Positions 60,001 to 64,000 of a stretch of 64,000 nucleotides of DNA are shown piece by piece; position 1 is the stretch's first letter, and each line of letters starts with the position of its first letter. Position numbers and translations under genes: made by a program. The notes under the pieces are model-generated. The model ran no database searches, had not been told where the DNA came from, and saw only the letters and a list, made by a program, of their open reading frames with translations. Source of the DNA: Carpediemonas membranifera BICM (lineage: Eukaryota > Protista > Fornicata); contig JAHDYR010000004.1 in the NCBI GenBank assembly GCA_019828565.1, positions 1-64,000 on the forward strand. Reading direction: 5' to 3'.

Positions 60001-60744
60001 GGAGCATATCTAGATTTCATATCAGATTCACCCAATCTCGCTGTAGCTCGGGCAGCTGTCCACAAGTATCGCGACTTCCCTATTGAAGAGTGGCGCCGCA
60101 TGTTCGAGGCAATCGGCACCCAGCTCGCCGAGCTTGACGGCACCACTCCTGAGTCGCAAGTAGAGTCGGATGAGACGATCGACCAGACTCCTGAGCTTTC
60201 GTTGACCATCGCCGACCGCAAGTGCCGCATTGCCTCACGTTGTATCGACACAGTTGAGCTACACTTCTACCGCACCTCTCTCGAGCGTCTGTTCAGCAAG
60301 CGGCCCTTCTTCGAGAACGTCGGCATGCAGCCCGACATCCTCCCGCACCACTCTGTCACTGTGCAGGTTACCGCTGACTCCATGGAAGTCAAGATCCCAG
60401 CCGACGTGGCCGAGTCCGACTGCCTTATCGAGGCCTCAGGCGGCGGGCTCTCCTCCACCGCCCTGTACATGTGCGGCGGGTTGATGCTCCTGCCGAGCGT
60501 CCAGTCGGGTCAGGTCAGAGTCGTCGACTCGGACCAGCGGCCCCTCGCTGGGGTTTACGTCAAGGTGTATGCCAAGACAGCATCCAGCCCTGCCGGCCAG
60601 TTCCACAAGGATGGCTTCACTGACAGACGAGGGTGGTTTGATTATGCGAGCCTCTCAGGGGCCAAGGCCGACGTCGAGCAGTATGCCTTGTTCGCCCACA
60701 AGGAGGGGTCGGCCGTCAGGATCGTGGAGGCGCCTCTATCGTAG
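54007..60744 (+). CDS. Very large conserved hypothetical protein (~2245 aa), beta-rich/macroglobulin-like; resembles the family I recall from Dictyostelium AbpF and planctomycete giant proteins
   Basis: Intact ORF (first ATG 54007). Motifs KYSEFACHELAFFIYMRD...KLEPTFVDLFL, TKEYAEHNFY and VYVKVYA...FHKDGFTDRRGWFDYASLS. The family assignment is from memory and needs a search. Confidence 0.75.
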   Translation: MTNVPGDSVELLERWILSRATLDRENDAQLAKVLETVPSNGPMHAFIRILTEQLKSGSKTQSSKEKQLMKDAVANFGRDNPLIVILSRRRLLLSYDSGSHEDQDALLAQLTSDLQLETRMAAFKEPLAARSDALPSAATAPAPLAAFEEELKNDPENCVISDLAAHWVLSDVSRLKLLSRRRVGVLLDSARDIATAPHVLDAIVYAKGDKKAMGVFNVESSLSVEQLENYARMCPEVTHFAAYHQAMLASMSPDVPTGGEDPFADEIESYHSEIWRYTESKIPAQLQGVKLGLQLAVLAFFVSKGKEAEPAVLDKIHSLLTTTDLALDLFTPHQNAGNSRQSRIEVDTDSVSLRLLPPFNLRPLVVTLLTTAVVHRGPDPYRAKIRSSVIDSIVAEQAILTGGDVTSAAEILGHAKVREITTRVELEVRPIQRWRPGDDVTLEVDVKNVPELTARVFEINAKAYYASRKTELTADVGLEGFKPNSTSSIKYSNAAAIKHRERVSVIPKAARGSYIIELVGGGLSCRVLAVIGHYQLVTAPSVHGLVATVIDETGKVVPDAIVTVGGRELETDSGVTVIPFTTSSGSASTPAIAHTRDGPASLTHLTLPVESYHLSGSFIVPHGALLPGHRAIALPCVYLTVNGVQQALDKINQPTIRTVCIDSEGTEAVRVVKPDLSDPGLVVDLAVPPNMRSVAITLEGRIKVMSTGKWQNLTLTTSYDVATNSGSTDAVQPFVRKDSSRGWVAALKGLNGEAVVGERVSVLITSFVAPDFHCELQTDEQGEIALGDLALVKDATISFPTQRGSGKSASLTFNPNQRQWMPEGLVVAKEGEDVAVALSHDSLDELSSVFLERLREGVVVRRIPVAVETPANTVLTGLTEGSYRLMVRTPTAVYHREVRVVKATATLPGVRASVLVGRSRIVEETQDDLAIEISAARSEDSIKIEAITAGFTESTVIHVTVDPILPRWLPETLVHPHIPAPAQTTPAYPMAQVRNAMPLSKETLYVLNRQAQTARHGVTLPQPELLVVEKEAKADEPCAEPCERGGYGGRQRLMSRDRAPVPMGGSMVGYGLNHRDLRSACSASDGALPASFIDPTAVSFFVPVGEDGSASITLPAPLSHGCVTAIATDSGRVATARTWVDSSPIAHDTRYTTRYSADSSLVAGRDASLLGPGYLSEYTVQDAAGASTATYSSLARVHALFGALSGDTRLDKFSFLPEWDSMSDAAKLAKYSEFACHELAFFIYMRDRPLFNQHIYPFLCCKLEPTFVDLFLVGADLFPFLARKNTLNHFELILLAWWCKDHDRQASADAIIAQVSRTGPQSVSASDINRAFNYVFTSTDEDEEEEEEPCPEPQPEADEFDRELQLEGESFDDSSDNDDDADFFAPPPPPQAMPAMEMTCMLAHTGLSDISDHLDSMLDRGDEELCMASMPMKKGGRGLSLPKMKASRRNAKPMARGRGGRAMGSRSFEKMVEEHKKEQAPLFRQVEATKEYAEHNFYLTDSSPGLIAPSLFWSDWARHIIAKGPDAPFLSKHVALPAMYGTAPINAMLLALAVLGLPIEPAETVVTMERVGGAVRKTVAATGPTILWRKEVKVTKAEPTRDDLIISWRITDPADIRDEKPATVPTGASLVAGHVYSLEIVVTNIAPRSAHFDLLFQLPSGTIPVADGLISKTEHVSIDQYASYTTSTAFYFPLPGEFAAVPPHTSRGDELLARGATMPTLTVVDQSTESASWGFIASRGSLEDVVKFLGTSDLRGVDLTEVCWRCNDADAFDSIISALSARRVYCDELWMYSAKHNRAPALRAFLARSPLASPVRRGVGVEFTSGLLSVYDNSPVVSIKPIVPPRVHVDPQAAIPESIAQAYSALLARLVYTPRITPTDLLHLAYFLILEGKVDLAEEVYANASKQWRKTHRDAPDLTFEGKPAPVAFKCDVSGEIITGKRYASLIAPGKDVARSHRKEGAIGASMPLPTMEGLPHYPFIEVEPYRGLPGEIQFDYLGAYLDFISDSPNLAVARAAVHKYRDFPIEEWRRMFEAIGTQLAELDGTTPESQVESDETIDQTPELSLTIADRKCRIASRCIDTVELHFYRTSLERLFSKRPFFENVGMQPDILPHHSVTVQVTADSMEVKIPADVAESDCLIEASGGGLSSTALYMCGGLMLLPSVQSGQVRVVDSDQRPLAGVYVKVYAKTASSPAGQFHKDGFTDRRGWFDYASLSGAKADVEQYALFAHKEGSAVRIVEAPLS

Positions 60745-60883
60745 GCTGAGTAGTGATATCGTTGTAAATAGGCAGTATGATTGCCATCCACAAGTAATAA
60801 ACGCGGCCGTAGTTTATAAATCACAGTAATAATGCCTACAGCCAGCTATATAACGTACGACGCTGCTATGTTCACCCCAGCCG

Positions 60884-61717
60884 TCAGTCGTCCAGCATGA
60901 TCGTGGGGATGAAGCCGCCAAGCCGCTTCACTGGCCGACGTGCCGGCACTGCTGGCCGAGCCAAGCCCTCTACGCTATACACAGTGCTCGGATCCGCCGT
61001 TGATCGGCCAGCAGCGATGCCAGTACTCTCCGGCTGACCCACCAACTGTGAAGTCAAGTCAATGACAACAGGCTTGACAGTCGGCACATGTACATGCATT
61101 GCTGCCTTATCTGGTCGCACCCGAGTCTTCTCCCGTTCCTTCAGTGCGGACTCGAGCGAGTTCACTGTAGTCTGGCGGTACAACGCTGACCCGGGCAGTA
61201 TCAGCCGAAGAAGCTCAAAGGGGTCGTACTTGCGGGCCTCTAGCTGGTACATTCCGGTAAGCACGGCCAGTGTTTGGAAGTAATCCGCGGAGGTGGCAGA
61301 GAAGGCGAGGATGTCAGCCTTGTACTCCTCAGCAGGGCGGGGCTCGTGTGCCGCGGAGTTGCGTTGGTCTTTGAGCTTCGTGAAGAGACGCTCAATGTCG
61401 TTGAATGGAAGGCATGCCACCTTGAGGCTGCATTCATCGATCAGTTCGCGCGCAGTCTCGATCATGGAAAGAAGTTCGGGCTCTTTCTTCACGAAGGCAC
61501 GAGTGAATATATTCGCGACGCTTTGATCCAGCTTCTTCTTCGCGAGTGATGAGACGGGCGGAACGCTCTCCTGCGCCGTTGCGAACTGCCTGACCATCAT
61601 CTCTGACGCCACGCCGTATTTCAGCACAGCGGTAGACCAGTCTTGGTTACATACAGCCACTTGGCCGCCATCAATGTGCTCACAGAGCGTCTTGAGCGTC
61701 TGGTGGTTATCATTCAT
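60884..61717 (-). CDS. Hypothetical helical protein with an RxxxxH (HEPN-like) motif
   Basis: ORF 60884-61804 (first ATG 61717); LFTKLKDQRNSAAHE within predicted helices. Confidence 0.55.
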   Translation of the reverse strand: MNDNHQTLKTLCEHIDGGQVAVCNQDWSTAVLKYGVASEMMVRQFATAQESVPPVSSLAKKKLDQSVANIFTRAFVKKEPELLSMIETARELIDECSLKVACLPFNDIERLFTKLKDQRNSAAHEPRPAEEYKADILAFSATSADYFQTLAVLTGMYQLEARKYDPFELLRLILPGSALYRQTTVNSLESALKEREKTRVRPDKAAMHVHVPTVKPVVIDLTSQLVGQPESTGIAAGRSTADPSTVYSVEGLARPAVPARRPVKRLGGFIPTIMLDD

Positions 61718-61989
61718 CCATCCGTGGGAACAACACCTTCGCAGTTTTGGCGGATTGATGCCAATCGGCCTCCGTAGAGCAGCGAATCGCACAGCGCCAC
61801 TCACTTCTGGCCGTGGTATGGTGGCGTCACTCGTCTTATGTCCCCGCGGGCGTCATGCGCTCGTGTGCTGGGAGCGCTAGCCTGGTTGATGGCATGCCTA
61901 GTAGTGGTATCAGTGGTACACATGTCTAGCACTCTGTTACAGTGCTGCCGTCTCTGTCACGATCTTCGACTGTGATCGAAGTCGCTGAC

Positions 61990-64000
61990 ATGATGAGCCC
62001 AAAATTCATCCACAACAACAGGATGCAGCAGCGACGATGCAGAAAGTTCGTTCCACGCCTCCCACTTACGCAGCTGGTACGTTCCCCGCTTCGGTGCAGA
62101 GATGCAGCCCGCGGCGAGTTCAAGAGCGCTTACGCAGTGTATCCGAGCAATGGTGCGTCCTCCCCGAGAATATCACGCAGCAGCGAGTGCAGAGCAGTAG
62201 AGGACATGATCAGCGACGCCACGACGCGCGTCTTCGCCCCAGAGGACAAGCTCCACCTCAAGCCCATCGGATCCTCGCCCCTCACTGCTACAGACCTCAC
62301 CCGCGTCCTCGACCACCTCTCGACATTGGACGTGCTGCCCAGAGAGTTCAGCATGAGGCTGACTGAGCCCGACCTCACTGTCCGTTTAGAAGGAGATGAA
62401 CTCATCTCTGACATGCCCACCGACAGCCAGCTCAAGGGCCTGCTTGGCAATTGGAATAGGACAAGGCCGCGCTCTTGCATACACACCCTGGGCAACCACG
62501 GCAGTATCATCACCAGCGTCGCCATCCTCCCGGACTTCACCATGGTCACTGGGTCACGCGACGGACCCGACCGACTATGGTCCACAAACGGGAAATGTAT
62601 CAGGAGTTTCAGTGGCCGCGAGGATGGCGAGGGTGGCACACACCTGGCTGCAGCATCTGACGGGTCGACCCACCTTGCGTGTAGATGGGGGTGTGACCTC
62701 AAACTCTGGGATGTGACAACAGGAGAGCTAATTCGAGTAATGAGGGGTCACATGAAGTCTGTGTACTGCGTGACACTCTCTTGTGATTGCAGAACTATTG
62801 TGACCGGTCTCAGGGACGGTTCGATCATATCTTGGAATATTTACAGTGGGGTTTCTCTATGGGAAGTCCAGGGTCATTCTGGTTCGGTTGAGTGTATCAC
62901 GTTCTCTCCGTGTGGCAAGACTATTGTCTCTGGCTCTGGGGATGACACGATCAAGGTGTGGGACGAAGCTTCTGGCATACTCGAGCAGACTCTGGAGGGC
63001 CATGCAGACAGTGTAAGCGCAGTGGCATTCTCTCATGACGGCGCCATGCTGGCGTCTGGGTCATATGACACTTCGATAAGGCTCTGGGACACCGAGACGT
63101 GGGCTTCTGTCATCGAACTCAGAGGCGACTCGGGCTGGGTCACAAGCCTCGCCTTCTCGCCTTGTGTCGGCATGCTTGCTTCGGGACATTCTAGCGGCGC
63201 TGTCAAGGTATGGAACAGCAGCTGTGCTGAGTCAATCAAAACGCTCAGGGGCCATAGGGCGTCGGTGCTCAGTGTAGCCATTTCCCCAGACGGGTCGACC
63301 CTGCTCTCTGGCTCTGACGACAAGACCGCCAAGCAGTGGCATATCAAGCACTCGCCAGAGATCAAGGAGGTCTGCGCCCAACCCACGCTCGGCGCCGACA
63401 TCCGCCTGCCGTCCGACGACTCGCCCCTCTACCTCGCCGACCTGGCGCGGGTCGTCATCCACATCCTCGCCACGGGCCTGCCCCGCTCCTTCGAGATGAG
63501 GCTGGCCCACCCACCTGTCGCTGTCAGCATGGATGATGGCCTCTTCTTTGAGACCCCATCAAACTCCGAGGTTAGCGGCCTACTCGCCCCGCTCAACCAG
63601 AGTCGCCTCAACAAGCTGGTCGCCCAGGCCTGCACCGACGCCGGGATCGCCCTGCCTGCCGCGTCCACCGCCGTCATGGACCCTAACGGCTTCATCTCAG
63701 TCTCGCCCGCGGATGACAAGATCGCCGCCGCCCTACTGCCGCTCAACCATCTTAGACTCGACGCAGCAGTTGCTAGAGTCTGCGCCCAAGCGGTCACGGC
63801 CAAGACCGCGATCAGAGTCACCCACGCCGACCTGCCCGCGCTGAAGAAGCTCCTCGCGCGCGTCGAGGCCTCTAGGGTCGCGCCCCGCTCATTCGAGGTT
63901 CAGCTCGACGACCCAGCCGCCACCGTCACCCTCGGCCCGACCGGCTTCGAGGTCGCCCCACCCAGCGATGTTGTCGATTATGTTGTCAGCGGCTTCAGCT
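61990..64000 (+). CDS. WD40-array gene F (runs off the window; absent from the ORF track): leader + 1 strongly diverged WD40 propeller + tandem connector domains
   Basis: Manually translated open frame from ATG 61990 to the window end. Leader 62028-62381 is the near-exact reverse complement of 52741-53092, and 63290-63931 of ~40722-41365; the propeller between them is divergent. Confidence 0.88.
   Translation, partial: MMSPKFIHNNRMQQRRCRKFVPRLPLTQLVRSPLRCRDAARGEFKSAYAVYPSNGASSPRISRSSECRAVEDMISDATTRVFAPEDKLHLKPIGSSPLTATDLTRVLDHLSTLDVLPREFSMRLTEPDLTVRLEGDELISDMPTDSQLKGLLGNWNRTRPRSCIHTLGNHGSIITSVAILPDFTMVTGSRDGPDRLWSTNGKCIRSFSGREDGEGGTHLAAASDGSTHLACRWGCDLKLWDVTTGELIRVMRGHMKSVYCVTLSCDCRTIVTGLRDGSIISWNIYSGVSLWEVQGHSGSVECITFSPCGKTIVSGSGDDTIKVWDEASGILEQTLEGHADSVSAVAFSHDGAMLASGSYDTSIRLWDTETWASVIELRGDSGWVTSLAFSPCVGMLASGHSSGAVKVWNSSCAESIKTLRGHRASVLSVAISPDGSTLLSGSDDKTAKQWHIKHSPEIKEVCAQPTLGADIRLPSDDSPLYLADLARVVIHILATGLPRSFEMRLAHPPVAVSMDDGLFFETPSNSEVSGLLAPLNQSRLNKLVAQACTDAGIALPAASTAVMDPNGFISVSPADDKIAAALLPLNHLRLDAAVARVCAQAVTAKTAIRVTHADLPALKKLLARVEASRVAPRSFEVQLDDPAATVTLGPTGFEVAPPSDVVDYVVSGFS

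Noticed and set aside
1-64000. Prokaryotic origin, or rRNA/tRNA genes
   Set aside because: Spliceosomal introns, capping protein, DHHC enzyme and LTR elements indicate a eukaryote; no structural RNA gene was recognisable by eye.

Overview
Eukaryotic, gene-dense, GC-rich genomic DNA with tiny intergenic spacers and rare short spliceosomal introns. It contains an F-actin capping protein beta gene and an ankyrin-DHHC palmitoyltransferase. The style suggests a free-living anaerobic protist such as a fornicate/metamonad, but this is unverified inference. Many 1-bp indels in homopolymers, concentrated in 1-33 kb and 43-47 kb, look like unpolished long-read errors, so most frameshifts cannot be trusted as real. 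The window is dominated by a family of six modular genes (A 8926-4395, B 29148-15202, C 39359-33573, D 43104-40474, E 53097-49555, F 61990->64000). They carry 14 WD40 propeller units in total (1-5 per gene, ~1.11 kb each) that are near-identical except at ligand-face positions; the unit in F is much more diverged. The propellers are joined by an unrecognised ~65-aa 'PRxFxMRLxxP' connector domain to interchangeable C-terminal modules: ankyrin + TKL kinase, triple CbxX-type AAA+, or more connector repeats. Module swaps map to the connector itself. This looks like a NACHT-less, NLR/HET-like diversifying receptor system. Two Ty3/gypsy retrotransposons interrupt family members. One is full-length with identical LTRs of only 57 bp, a 4-bp TSD and no tRNA primer-binding site. 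Also present: a ~6.6-kb segmental duplication (1-6650 vs 29206-35840), an intron-containing bacterial-type glycerol dehydrogenase, a ~2250-aa conserved hypothetical protein and a candidate HEPN-motif protein.
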